DNA of 60,469 bases, filler included, from Asterionella formosa (taxonomy: Eukaryota): the NCBI GenBank assembly GCA_002256025.1. It is 15 parts of 15 records of this genome, joined end to end, with 100 filler letters (N's around TTAATTAATTAA, not from the genome) between each part and the next. Parts side by side here need not be neighbours in the genome. Positions count along the whole stretch, not along the records: positions 32,341 to 36,275 come from NKIB01013817.1; positions 36,376 to 40,308 come from NKIB01013819.1; positions 40,409 to 44,342 come from NKIB01013820.1; positions 44,443 to 48,375 come from NKIB01013821.1; 11 more parts are not named here. One strand, written 5' to 3'. The notes below the pieces were generated by a model. The model was not told the origin of the DNA and made no database searches. It saw nothing but the letters and a program-made list of their open reading frames with translations. Positions within the stretch are counted from its first letter, which is position 1, and every line of letters begins with the position of its first letter. Below are positions 34,831 through 47,544 of the stretch, piece by piece. The translations under genes were made by a program, and so were the position numbers.

Positions 34831-37547
34831 TGCAACATTGACAAGAAATAGACTAAATACATAAAGACCACATCATTACAAGATTATGGCTATAATTTTG
34901 CTAATGCGCTTTAGGGGATGTCCAACTTGGATATGGCTGTTTCGTTGTGATGACTTGCTCATCACAGAAGGAACAGAATTCGATTTTATTTCAAAATCAA
35001 TCTGCCAGCGGCACAAGCCATATTCATATTTGACCCTATTAAAGCCAACATGGTCAGTGAACAACGATGGTAAAATTGTGCACCTCGCTCAATGATATAA
35101 TATATATAATGTAAAATGTACAAGAGGAGTCATAACAAACACAAGGATGCATTGCTATAAAAATTTGAATGATAAAAATTATAGTTAAACTTATATTTTA
35201 TGTCAGATAAGAAATGTAAACAACTTGAATATCAGATCGCAACGAAGATATTAATTATCAAATCACGAAATAATATTTGTGATACCATGATTTTTTCAGA
35301 ACTTAATTTGATAATTCGAAGCGTGCCCACCAATATTGACAACGAAAATTGAAGTCGCCGATGGTGCATTGCTTCACGTAGTTTAGATGATTCACAATTT
35401 AAAAAAACGAAATTATGAACAGATTTGACACTTTTACAGTATGCAGCATGCTACACAAGTACGGTAATCTGTAGGTTGAAAGAAATTTTTGGTTTGATTC
35501 TCTATTTAAGTTATGACGATTAATAGTCCATGATGATTGACATTTTCAAAATGACTCTTTTGTTTATGATTGCTGATCTACAACATGCAACTAGAAATCT
35601 GCTGATGGCAACAAGAATTTGCTGACTACATATGACAAGGAACTGCTGACTACGACTAGAAATTGCTGACTATGACAAGAAGTTATTGATTGGTGAATTC
35701 CATTAGCAAACCGTCATCCAGTTGCTGAATACCATTACCAGTAGGAGTAGGTGAACACGATTTCGAGTATCAGAAGACGACTTGGGTTTGATGAATGATA
35801 ATTTAACATTGAAGAAAATTACTTAAGAGAGTTTGGAATGAAATGCCAGTCTATCTTGTCTGGCAGGCATGAGACAATCTTTTGGGAGTGCGTCAAAACT
35901 GAAAGGTGTGCATAGAACGTGCGCTACCAGACCTTCCTGGGCAATGAAGTACCAGATACTATATCGGTACCATGGGTAAACTGTACATGTCAGGATCTAG
36001 ATTTCTCTAGGCCTCGTCCATAAGGGTTAGGTGGTCCATTGCTCCGGTTGGTGCATGGATCCGTGCAGGTTTATTATGCTCCTCCAGCATCGCATTTGCC
36101 ATACGACTGCTGTTACCGGGTAGACTACCGGTATGTAAAATATGTCTCCTGATGGTCGCGGATACATTTTCTTCCTTCAACTCCATTACCGGTACCTGGA
36201 ACCTTTGTACGGAGTACTACGTATGATACAATTGTTATCCTGTGAGCAGACTACCTGGTACCTGAACTGTACAGTNNNNNNNNNNNNNNNNNNNNNNNNN
36301 NNNNNNNNNNNNNNNNNNNTTAATTAATTAANNNNNNNNNNNNNNNNNNNNNNNNNNNNNNNNNNNNNNNNNNNNCCCCGTTGGAGTTGTTTTTTTTTCT
36401 CCAATCACAATTTTGAGTTTCAAGATACCTTATTCCAGAAATCTCCTACCGGTAGTTTATATGCATTTCTCTACCGGTCAGTCGAGCGCTGTCTTGCTTC
36501 CGCCGATTTTCTATTTTTAGCTACCAGTATTTCGCAATGAATATCAAAGCTACGTTTTCGTTTCTTTCACTACTTGCTAGGGACACATGTATACTATCAA
36601 AGTAACCGATAAAAGTGTTAAGCAGTTGTTGTACAAAATCGAAATTAATACAGGTAATCATTTTATCATGGTTTCTTATCATGCTAATAATGGAAAATTT
36701 CTCATGTTTGATCCATGAGCGATTGAAAAAATAAAATATGATGTGTAGGCAGAGAGCATACCAGGTACCTGGTACCATATACATTATGTATATATATATA
36801 TACCTGCATGTGAATATACCGCTACATATAGTATGTATTCCCATACGTGTGCACTCACTCATTTGCGGGGGTTGGCAATCATGTTCTTTGATCCCTCTCC
36901 TGTGCTCGCATCTGACCTCGACGGAATCTACTCTATTTTTTGATTGGGGGAATGAGTTTGACCCTAAAATAGTTCCTGCCCAATCGAATTCTAGCATCAT
37001 ATTGTGCCACCCCCAATACTACCATTTTTTGTCGTAGTGGACAACCGGTAGTAAAAATAGTCTGTGAGGAGTGGGCGGTGCCGGTCAGAATAGAGGTGAC
37101 TACTCCTTCCAGGAACCAAGGTGTTGAGCAGAATGTTATTTGCCCTGCGGTTGTCAGGATTTAACAAGTAGGTTCTGGGTAATTATGAGCTTAATGATGA
37201 GTGTATCTATATTACTAGCTCCTTGTCCAAGGGGACTCACAAGGGTCTTGATGAGAAGGGCATGTAATAGGTGTCAAGAGTCCATGCTAGGTGTCATGTT
37301 TTAGCCTAGCATTGGTACGTCTATTCTAGAGATACATCTGTACCAATAGTTATCATGTAACGTATAGCTGCGGGTACATGATTGCAATATGTACTACGAG
37401 CTCCATTCTAGTAACCGTGGCTGTGTGTAACATCACATACTTATCATGATCACTATCTTGTACATGTTTATGTACTACGTATAGGTTTTATGGTAGTCGT
37501 GTGCGTAATGTAATAAGGTACACCTTTCACTTATGGTTGACGTGGTA

Positions 37548-40012
37548 CCAGTAAAGAACTGCTGTGACCCACTGAGTTCTCCTATTCGTTTGATTAGTTC
37601 GACTAAACCTTTTCCATGCCTTGCGAGAATCAAACTTCCAGGTCTTGTTAACCAAAGGAGTCAGCAGGTTGTGGATCTGTCGGTATTCTCATTGAAGGTC
37701 GAGATACTGAGATACGAACCCTTTTATGTGGACAAAATTTGCCGGTAATGGGTCACAGCAGTACTTAAATTTTTTATTTATAATTGTAGTATATAATTTT
37801 ATATACCATTATGAGCACGGATTACCCCGTTTGGTTTTCGCAAAATTATTTTTAAGAATTTCGCATCCAGTATTTATATCACAATCACACACAAATGCAT
37901 TCAGCAACATGGAATGCTTGCGCCTATCAACACCACTGCAATATCGCCCTCATCCCTACTAAGCTCCTGCCCTCCCACAAGCACAAAGAGGCCGAATTGG
38001 ATATGGAGAATCCTTTTATCCACGGCAACAAGTCTCCAAATATCTTGCCAACAAGTTCTGTCTGGTTATTGGAAGCGGCGCATCGCCGTTGCGCTTGTAC
38101 CATGTCACCACTTTTTCAGTTCAGCTACGTTGTAGCTTCCAGCTTCCTTTCCAGTCTCTCTGATGGCCTGTACCTTCTGTGACAATTAAAAAAACCGTTG
38201 ATTCAATTTCTGCTCCTTGTTTTGTTCTTGGATTTCATGCCGGCGTTTGATTTCCAGCATATGCTCAAAAAGCGGTGGTCCTAGACAAGTGTTTCCAACA
38301 GCAAAGTGCAGTCCTTTGGTCATTCATTTGTGTGTGTCGATTGTTGCTTGTGCTGTTTGCTTTCTTTTCCTGGCATGTTCTGCTGCATCATTACCATTTC
38401 GCACATCTTCTCTGTTTATGTATTCAACAATTTGATTTGTAAGAGTTCCTGAAAGTCCTTCTTGCAGGTTGAGCTGGTCAGGTGTAATAGAGGTTCTGTT
38501 GATGTGTGAGATTCAATTCAATGGGACAACACCAAATTTCGTCAGCTGTATTTCAGGATTCAACAAACAATTATAGTTCAAAGGTCCCCAGCCTCGCTCT
38601 GCTACCGCTTTTTTGTTTGTGCGTAATCTCGCAAATCTTTTTTCCCAAGAAGTGAATTTGCAAGTTGCAGTCGCTCCCTCTTGGCATGTGATGGGCGGAC
38701 GCATTTTACCCAACTGATCAATGAGCTCCACAATGTAAGGTTCCACTTTAAGCATAGGTGAGATGCAAGCTGTGTTTGTTCCTTGATTGTTTTTTCTTTT
38801 TGCACGTGTTCTAACTGTTTCGAAATTAATATTGACAGCAGGAGGAATTCCAAGCGCCTCCTTTTCTCTCAATATTATACACTCAAGTGTATTTCTCTTT
38901 ACTCGTGATTCTCCTCCTCCTTTTTCTTTTCCCTCTTCTCTCACCCTCATATATTCTGCTGCCGAATTGGAAATACATTCTTTCACTTTTTCTGCCATGA
39001 TGGAGCTGGCTACTGCGGTTGTTCCCTTTTGACGACCACCATAGGGCAGGGTTGTAGTGGCAGAAATGGTGCTGCTGCTTTCAGTTGATGCAGTAGTAGT
39101 GCTGGCAGGAGGCAAACTAGAACTTGTAGACATAATCATAGTATTAATGGAAGAATGATAATGAATTTTTCTGCTATAGCTGTAATTTTCTACACCTTCC
39201 ATTGTCAGCATAGATATTTCGCTTTCTTGTGATTCTTCATGCACATCCTCCTCAGCAGGCTGTTTGTCCGTGCTGGTAGCTACTGGTGCCACCAGATAAC
39301 CTCATTTTCCTTAGAAAGTATTTCACTTTCTGGTAGTCACCCATGGGACAAGTTCTTGTACATCGTGCACAGCACGAGAAATTGCGCCATATGGTAGTTT
39401 TCCATTATTGTTCGCTTTCAACACTTCCATATTTGTAGAGATGTTTAATAGGCAATGTTCAATCATCCTGGCTTTGTTTGTGCTGCTAATAGACTGAGCC
39501 GACTTGCCCGAAGGCACATTCGATTTCTTTTTTGCCATAGTTTGGATGCATATTATGAGCTAAAAATTCTATACTGGTGGTATGTTCACATTTCCTTTCA
39601 AGTGTATGGGTGAAAGGGCGCTTATTTTATGATGCTCAAGTTACTTAGGCACTATCAAGTGACAGGGATAAGGATATGACAGGAATCATACAACAAATAA
39701 ATCGAAGGCGATATTTTTGTATCAAGCTGCGTATATCATATAACAGTGAGTCCTCAAAACATGGGGTAATCCGTGTTCTGGCAATATTTTCGTCGATCGC
39801 ACTTTTCAACCAATATTTTAGGAGAAACCAATTGCTATAAACTTATATCTAATGGCATACCGGTAGCCTTAAAGCGTACATGCTCAGGATTTGGGTCTAA
39901 GTTTTAAAATTAACAAATCTGCATTTGGTAGGGTCAAACCGTGTTTTTCTCCTGTTCAGTGGGTCTCAGCGGTTCCAATTTTTTTTAGTGGGTCACAGCA
40001 GTTTTTTACTGG
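37548..40012 (-). mobile_element. Non-autonomous IS630/Tc1/mariner-pogo-like DNA transposon with both ends: 26-bp TIRs, TA TSD, internally deleted transposase
   Basis: TA|CCAGTAAAGAACTGCTGTGACCCACT ... AGTGGGTCACAGCAGTTTTTTACTGG|TA (one mismatch). ORF remnants GGRQKGTT, ETVRTR, SPML.VEPYIV (HTH region) join directly to WEKRFAR..TNKKAVAERGWGPLNY. Confidence 0.85.
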
Positions 40013-40408
40013 TACCAGGTACCAGGTATACATACACATTGTGCATTGTGTATTGTGTATTGTGTAAATCTCTACCGGTACAGTGAGAGAAAACAAGTAC
40101 CGGTATATTGTCTGTATAGAGGAGCCTATAAGGTTAACTGTACCATAGGTCATTATTGAGGCAATTAATCGATGGAGAAAAGAAGAAAAAGCAAGAAGAA
40201 AGAAGAGGAAAAAGGGGGGGGGGGTTTAGTGGGTATGATTCTAGGATTTAATGGACGTCAATGATCCATTTGCTCCTTGAGTTGGTGAAGGAGGTTATGG
40301 TGGTGGGGNNNNNNNNNNNNNNNNNNNNNNNNNNNNNNNNNNNNNNNNNNNNTTAATTAATTAANNNNNNNNNNNNNNNNNNNNNNNNNNNNNNNNNNNN
40401 NNNNNNNN

Positions 40409-41122
40409 GATGGGAACAGCCTCAACGGCTTGTGCTGTGCTGACAAATTTGATCCTCTGTAATATCTTTGCCTTGGTGAAGATGGATGCAACTTGAATAA
40501 GTCCATTAATCACAATTCGCATTGCAAGACTGGTTCCAACAATCATAATTGCTTGAGGTCGTATTGGGTACGATTGATGAATCTTTTGAAGTTTCGCTTC
40601 ATTCCCAAAGTTGTTTTTGAGCTGATGGTCCCTAGTGTGAACCACAAGAGTAACCCCCTCTCGTAACGATTTTTCATCCGCATGAATGGCAATAGAATAT
40701 GCGATTCCTGAGCGGATGGACGTTTTCTCCAAGTCTGGGGTGGTTGGTTGAGTAGGATGGATCCAAAGAATGGCCCGCCCATTGGAATCCTTTCCACAGG
40801 GAGCATAGTGATCGACTAGAAATTTTTCCAAGCCTTCATCATCGAAGAGCGCTTCTTCGTATACTCCATCCACACCACAAACGGAAAAGGCGCGAAATAA
40901 TGTAAGATACTTCTTGACGCAGTCGTCCACTCGATTCTTCGAAACAATGCAACAAAGCGCCAGAAATTTGGACCCAATTTGATCGTCTGTGAACGAGTAC
41001 TCTTTCCTGAGAGTGGAACGCACTTTTCTCATGGCATTCAAATCCTCCTCCGTGTACTGGATGGGAATGTCGACACTCTGGTTAACATCTTGCTGTTGCG
41101 ATTCTTTCTCTTGTGGTGGCAT
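40409..41122 (-). CDS. CRAL-TRIO (Sec14-like) lipid-binding protein, 3'-truncated by the contig end
   Basis: GKDSNGRAILWI, LREGVTLVV, QSYPIRPQAIMIV, KILQRIKFV. Confidence 0.8.
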
Positions 41123-41583
41123 TTCGTCCTCGGTCCTTTCTGAAGGATCCAATTTAGGTAGAGCTATATACTCTTTCTCTCTCTCTCTCTCTCGCTCGCC
41201 AAGATTGATACTTAGTAATTTTAACGAAACAACACTTCTTTCAGTGTCTGCAGTGCGAACAAATGCTGAATTCTTAAATGGGAACAATGGAACACATTTT
41301 GGTACAACAATTTACTTCGTGTATTTTTTTATAAATAGTCTACCAGGTGCCAGTATCGCCTGCCGTCCGCCTTCTGGTTTGCGAGCGATGGACGATTCGA
41401 CTCACTCGATCCGACTTTGTCCACACTGTGTATAAACAGGGCGTGAATCGCCTGATACCGATTATTTACAATAATAAGCTCGTCTGCATCAAGACCGGTA
41501 TCGGTGTCGGTACTTTACCCATAGCACCATTCAGCCCTACAGTCGATCTGTGGAATAGAGCATAAAGATAGATAGACAAGAGA

Positions 41584-42178
41584 ATGTTCTGTTTATCTAA
41601 CATCATCCCATTATCATTCTCCTGCAATTTTTATTTTTATTTGTTCCTAATCTTGATCACGATGAGAGACGCCCATGCTGCACCGAATTCCTGCGTCGCA
41701 GTCTCGGATGACGAATATCTATGCACAGCTGATCCGGCTGGAGCACGATATCAAAATCTGTTGGAGACGAAGAATCAGTTCAGTAGCTATCCATTGCACT
41801 ACACCATGATGAGTCAAGGCGTCATGCAACGAATTGACGGATCAGACGCTGAAAAAATTGCCGTGAAACAATTGCTCCAACAAATGGATGAATATTTTGT
41901 GAATGAAGTTTTTGCAAAGCCAGAATATGCAAGGGTGAGAGGAAAATGGTGAGCACCATTCTTGGCACATTGAATAGAAATGGATCCATTTTTTGTGTGG
42001 ATAATCTTCATTTGACTCACACACTCGTGTTCTCTACTATTACGACAGCATAAACACAAACGAGCTCTGTGCATTCTGGGCGGCAGTTGGTGAATGTGAA
42101 ACGAATAGAGTTTTCATGCTCGTGAATTGTGCAGCCGCTTGCCGCTTTTGTTTGTTGGCACTGACAAGTTTGTCATGA
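41584..42178 (+). CDS. Secreted ShK (ShKT) domain protein; exons 41584-41948 and 42049-42178
   Basis: Signal peptide. Splicing the GTGAGC...GACAG intron gives [35 protein letters not shown], the six-Cys ShKT pattern. Confidence 0.85.
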
Positions 42179-43574
42179 ACGGAGGTGTGGGTGTATGATA
42201 TTACTCTTGAATCGAAATTTGACTTTATTCTTTTCACGCACGTGGCCCCATTTGTGAAAATGATTTGTTTATAAAGGGAATTTTCCTGTTGCTCCTTGCC
42301 ACACACTTACTTCATCAACTAAATGCTGTACTAAAGGAATTGGGAAATGATGAGGCTATAGCCTATATTGAAGATTTGCCATGTTCACTTGTACCCCTTT
42401 GCAAATAAGAATTTGAATGGGGGAGCAAAANNNNNNNNNNNNNNNNNNNNNNNNNNNNNNNNNNNNNNNNNNNNNNNNNNNNNNNNNNNNNNNNNNNNNN
42501 NNNNNNNNNNNNNNNNNNNNNNNNNNNNNNNNNNNNNNNNNNNNNNNNNNNNNNNNNNNNNNNNNNNNNNNNNNNNNNNNNNNNNNNNNNNNNNNNNNNN
42601 NNNNNNNNNNNNNNNNNNNNNNNNNNNNNNNNNNNNNNNNNNNNNNNNNNNNNNNNNNNNNNNNNNNNNNNNNNNNNNNNNNNNNNNNNNNNNNNNNNNN
42701 NNNNNNNNNNNNNNNNNNNNNNNNNNNNNNNNNNNNNNNNNNNNNNNNNNNNNNNNNNNNNNNNNNNNNNNNNNNNNNNNNNNNNNNNNNNNNNNNNNNN
42801 NNNNNNNNNNNNNNNNNNNNNNNNNNNNNNNNNTAAGATATAGGGATTATTCCTTTCATATAAGCCTAGGAAAGTTTCAGTTTGAAATTGAACACATTTT
42901 GTGAGCCTCTGGGAAGTCTATGTGATACAGAAAACTTCAGTAGCTAGCATATTACCTGTATTCAACATATCTTGGCATGGGGAAGGTCTGGTAAAAGATT
43001 GTTTGTACCATGAGGAAGGCAAAGCTAACATTCTCAAGTACTGGACCTTCCTTTGGTATTTACTGGCTATGGAGTACCTGGGAAACCTTGTAGAATACCA
43101 ACCTCATGCTGCACGCCATCCACTTATTCGCTTGCATTTCTAACAGCTTGATGATTTGACTTTCATGCACAGGTATACCTTTATGATATTTTCGTACTGA
43201 TTACACCTAAAATGAGTAATGGTACCTGGTACCTGGTGCCGTTCGTTGTCTAGTGGTACCAGGTACCAGGTGCCGTTCGTTGTCTAGTGGTACCAGGTAC
43301 CAGGTACCCGGTACAGAATATATTTGACGTTTGCTTTTTCATGTACGTATCCTATTATAATACATACAGTAAATGTTTACTTGATGAAGATAGCCAAAGT
43401 TTTAGTTTTAGCACAATTACCGCAACTTGCAGGTAAAAAAGTACCCCTTGGTACCAGTACCTGGTACCAGGTACAAGGTACCATCAGGGAAAACCCCGGA
43501 GTATACCGGAACATACTCTTTTTTCATCATCGGGTATCGTCACTTGCCATTGATACTATATCATCGTCCTCACC

Positions 43575-44131
43575 ATGTCCTCCAAGCTTACTCGCGATGA
43601 ACTCAAAGCTCAAGAGTTCAAGATCTCCTTAAAGGAGCATCTGGAAGCCAAGAAGAACGTCTGGGCCGGTCGAGGTGTGGAAGCTCGCACAGCTTACTTG
43701 GCTGCTCGTCCCAAATCGTGGGTCCAAATGAGAGGGATGGAAAAGATTATCTATGAATTTAACACACCGGGCACCAAGCCATTTGCCATTGGATTTGGGT
43801 ACGTACGCTCTAGACTTTAATACATGTTAGTTGCAACTATCGCCATTTGCATTTACGGGAGCAACTGGGACGGAAGCAGGCGAAGAAGGGCACCCGACGA
43901 TGTCGAAAGAATAGTGAAATTGTGGCTATTTGGCTATTGCAAAAGCTATGGACTATATAAATATATTTTCTGACTAACGTATTTGTTTCTCCCATTTTAC
44001 ATTAAATATTGCACAAATACGTTCACAGAGTTACGGCTCTCGCCGCCCTTTACGTTGCATCAGGCTTTACTGATGAAGACAGAGCCAATTCTGAATACTG
44101 GCAACAAGCTCATGGCAAGGGTCACCATTAA
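43575..44131 (+). CDS. Mitochondrial ATP synthase 6-kDa (subunit i/j)-like protein; exons 43575-43798 and 44029-44131
   Basis: GTACGT...CACAG intron. The spliced C-terminus PFAIGFGVTALAALYVASGFTDEDRANSEYWQQAH resembles, from memory, the plant 6-kDa subunit (PFLVGFAVTG..I.K..AG.TEED.KNS.F.Q.H). Confidence 0.7.
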
Positions 44132-44540
44132 TGGAACGACAGAGGAGGAATATGATTGAGCTTGCCGCCGGTTGGAATTTTTAAATGGAATTGGACATTC
44201 TTTTCCGAGAGTATTACAACCCGCAATATGCCATAACCATGTCTATATAGGTAATGGATTCGATTGTTTTGTCTTAGGTGCATGTATACTGGCATTCGGC
44301 TACATGTTAGGCACTGATAGATATATCCCTGATGATGAGGCCNNNNNNNNNNNNNNNNNNNNNNNNNNNNNNNNNNNNNNNNNNNNTTAATTAATTAANN
44401 NNNNNNNNNNNNNNNNNNNNNNNNNNNNNNNNNNNNNNNNNNTATTTATGGGGTACAACTTGAACAGAATCACCACATCCATTGAATTAGATATGTTGAT
44501 ATCCATTTGCTTGTGTCCACCATTATGAAATAAGGAAAAT

Positions 44541-45563
44541 CTAATATCCAGAACCATCACCGTTTCTCAAATCTTCTACTTGAATGTTTTGTTCTGCTGC
44601 CGACATTATTTCTTCGTCTTCTTCTTCTTTTTTCAGCACTCCAACAAGAATGGGAAAAATGGCGACCAACATTAAAAAAATGAGACCCGCGTACAATCCT
44701 ATTGTTCTACACATCATGGCCGACCTCGGTTGTTGTTGCTGTAGTTGCTGACTGGGCCGAATGAGCTGTTGGTTTGTCAGTGTCTTTTCTTCATAATGAG
44801 ATTCTGAGCAGGGAAATGTTTTGGTGGAGGAGGGTGATATTATGGGCAATAAAGGTGCTTGTTGTTTCTCCTCTTCCTTCGGTGGAGTCTTTTTCAAAAT
44901 GACATTGTTATGAAAAATATACCGTTGTCCAATTTGTTCCATAATGGAACGAGATTGCTGGGAGAAATTATGGTCGACTCGTTTCTCTTTAGCAAAATTA
45001 TCTTTTCGTAGCAGTAGCCCTTTAAGAACATCAGTTCCCAATTCTTGCAACAGAGTTTCATATAATTCTCGCAACAACTGAATGGCAATACGGCGTTTGT
45101 ACAACAAGCCAGTTACAACGACACAACAAATGTGTTCATGATCTTGACCAAACGTAATTTGTTGATTATTATTCCTTTGAATTACCTTAAATCCCCCCAA
45201 GACCCCTTCGATTGTGACAGGCTCTGGTGGATCTTCTTCAATTAATCTGACCACTATTGCGGTGGAACTATCATGGCGCAACGATGCAATGTCATCTTGA
45301 GTGATGATATTCGAGTTCGAAAGGTGAAGCACATCTGACGTCTCGAGGCGACGATAAATATAAATGGAATGCAATGCATCGTCAATGACAGAAGAAGAGC
45401 GTGTGCTAATCGAGGAAGATTGAGATGGAGGAGACAACGATCGACGATGGCTCGTCATGGTGTGTTTCTGTTTTTGTTTCTGTTCGACGTGGAAATGTCT
45501 CATGTGTCTTGAAAGCAAAATAGATCGAGTTGATGCGTTAGATAAAAGAAGTCTATATAGCAT
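44541..45563 (-). CDS. Longin-domain protein with a C-terminal TM helix and no recognisable R-SNARE motif
   Basis: GFKVIQ...ITFGQD.EHICCVVVTGL.Y.RRIAIQLL.EL is VAMP7-type longin. A Pro/Gln/Ser linker follows, then TM IGLYAGLIFLMLVAIFPILVGVL. Confidence 0.65.
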   Translation of the reverse strand: MLYRLLLSNASTRSILLSRHMRHFHVEQKQKQKHTMTSHRRSLSPPSQSSSISTRSSSVIDDALHSIYIYRRLETSDVLHLSNSNIITQDDIASLRHDSSTAIVVRLIEEDPPEPVTIEGVLGGFKVIQRNNNQQITFGQDHEHICCVVVTGLLYKRRIAIQLLRELYETLLQELGTDVLKGLLLRKDNFAKEKRVDHNFSQQSRSIMEQIGQRYIFHNNVILKKTPPKEEEKQQAPLLPIISPSSTKTFPCSESHYEEKTLTNQQLIRPSQQLQQQQPRSAMMCRTIGLYAGLIFLMLVAIFPILVGVLKKEEEDEEIMSAAEQNIQVEDLRNGDGSGY

Positions 45564-46029
45564 AATATTTTATACGGTGATGAGTATATTCAAGAGATAG
45601 ACAAATGCATGCATGTGGTACTCATTATATTGAAGAAATTTCTTTTACGCATGTCCAAACCACTACTATATAGGTATTCACTTTTTATTCGACGGAGAAT
45701 GCTACCCGTAGTGGAAGCTAGTGCACTACGGTAGTAATTTGCTAGCACCGTCTACAAAGCCAGTACCTGATCATGAATGTTTGCATATCGCTCACAAGCA
45801 TGACCATCTGTACCAGTTGCTGTACCTGGTACCTGGTACCTGGTACCTCTACTCATTACAGGTACCAGGTACCAGGTACTTCGTCGTGCAATTCAATATA
45901 TGTACCAGGATACCGTTATGTACAGTGATCATAAATTTTGTGTGGGCTATCATACTATGGTACTCCTACAATACATATTAACACATCGGTAAATCAAATG
46001 AATAACATTAAATGGAAACAATGAGAATG

Positions 46030-46500
46030 TAATAATGTGCATGCTAATTAATGTGGTAGTAATAAAGTAAACACGTCGTTGTGGATTCCCACCAGTGCAT
46101 CAATCAATGAGCATTTTGTTGAAAATGTGGGTCACTGAAAGTTCGACAATATGCCTCATATATTCTGTTGATCATTGCATGATCACTTTAACCACAACTA
46201 CCGGTAATCTGCTCTGTAACTTACCCAATAATAAAATCATTTATTCCTCCCCTCTCAAGCCTTGTACATAGCCTGACTGACTTTCTCTCTGCAATTCCAA
46301 CTTCACAAAGTCCTTGCGACTTTGTTGGAGCCTTGATGGGGGGATTACATGCAGTTGCTTGTAGGCCAGAACCATAATGAGGTCCAACTCTAATTGCAAA
46401 TCGTTGCCTGCTTGTTAATTGTTGAATTTTCCCCTCAACATTCACACTACTTCCAAGTGTAGATGGTGCTGTCATGTCCATTGGAACCACCACAACTGGA
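46030..46500 (-). pseudogene. Crypton C-terminal domain relic
   Basis: EVGIAERKSVRLCTRLERG ... SVTHIFNKML.D..TGGNP resembles the stramenopile Crypton C-terminus (E.GIGGRKPA..FT..ERG ... SV..I......GGHP). Confidence 0.55.
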
Positions 46501-47544
46501 GGAACGCCATCACCACTAAACCTTCATGGACAAGCAAATAGTTTTTTGCATGGTACATGGTTATGAACACTTTTCCCCAACCACACCCATTCCAAATATC
46601 AGGATAGAAATAGATATGAACTACAAACTGCGAAAGCAAGGCAGTTTTCAACCTTGGCAAAGATGTTGCAAGTGTATCAGGGGTGAATCTTTGGATCTGG
46701 GAGCATAGCCTTTCCTGTCGAGTAAATTACACGTCATACTACCATTACATCAACTCGTAAACAGCATCGCCTGGTTCAAGATTTGCTTTGGCTAAGCAAA
46801 TAAATACTGGTACTGCCAAGAGGAAAGAAAATTCTATCATACAGAATAGAATCTTTGTAATGGAATATTCCTCATGCAGGATTGACAACATTATTCTTTG
46901 TGGAGTCCCAATTTCGAAGGAGACATTCGAGAGGTGCTGGCATTGGAGTACCGAACTATTGTTGACTTGAAATTAGGAAGTGTACTTCGAACGTACCGGT
47001 ACCCGAAAAATAATCAACTCTCAGCGCAACCTGTAATGGCCATACATATAGTCGTACCAGTAGCTGTGTACTGCACTGGTAGTTAATTAGCCCCTTCGAC
47101 AAAGCTCGCGATGTACATATACTTGAATACATGGTAGACTGGGTAGGTACCAGTGCATACTATGTTGTGCACTGGTTGTTAATGGAGTACCGGTAGCACC
47201 TTCGACAAAAAGCTATGTAGCGATGTACCGGTACCAGTACTCGTTTAGACTGGGTACCAGGTACCTAGTACATAAAGTCGTCGCTATGTATTCCAGCAGT
47301 AGTAAACTAGCACCTTCGACAAAGCTCAGCATATATACTGCCTTGTATAGAGTGACCTCTAATAGTTTTGTCATGAAATGAAATCCCTTGTTGTACCTCC
47401 CCAGTTTTCTAGTAATATGCATGTTAACATGCAAACCATGAAACTACTAGGAGATAAAATAGTTAATAACAATTGAGGTACTAAACAAGCAAGAATGTAA
47501 ATACTAAAGACATTGCAAATTTTAAAATTTCAATGAAATTATCT

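Noticed and set aside
43799..44028. Intronic snoRNA in an unusually long 230-nt intron
   Set aside because: No convincing C/D or H/ACA box arrangement is visible.
47085..47335. Repeat-spacer pattern resembling a CRISPR array
   Set aside because: Only three imperfect ~20-bp repeats, spacers of about 90 bp, eukaryotic context and no cas genes.
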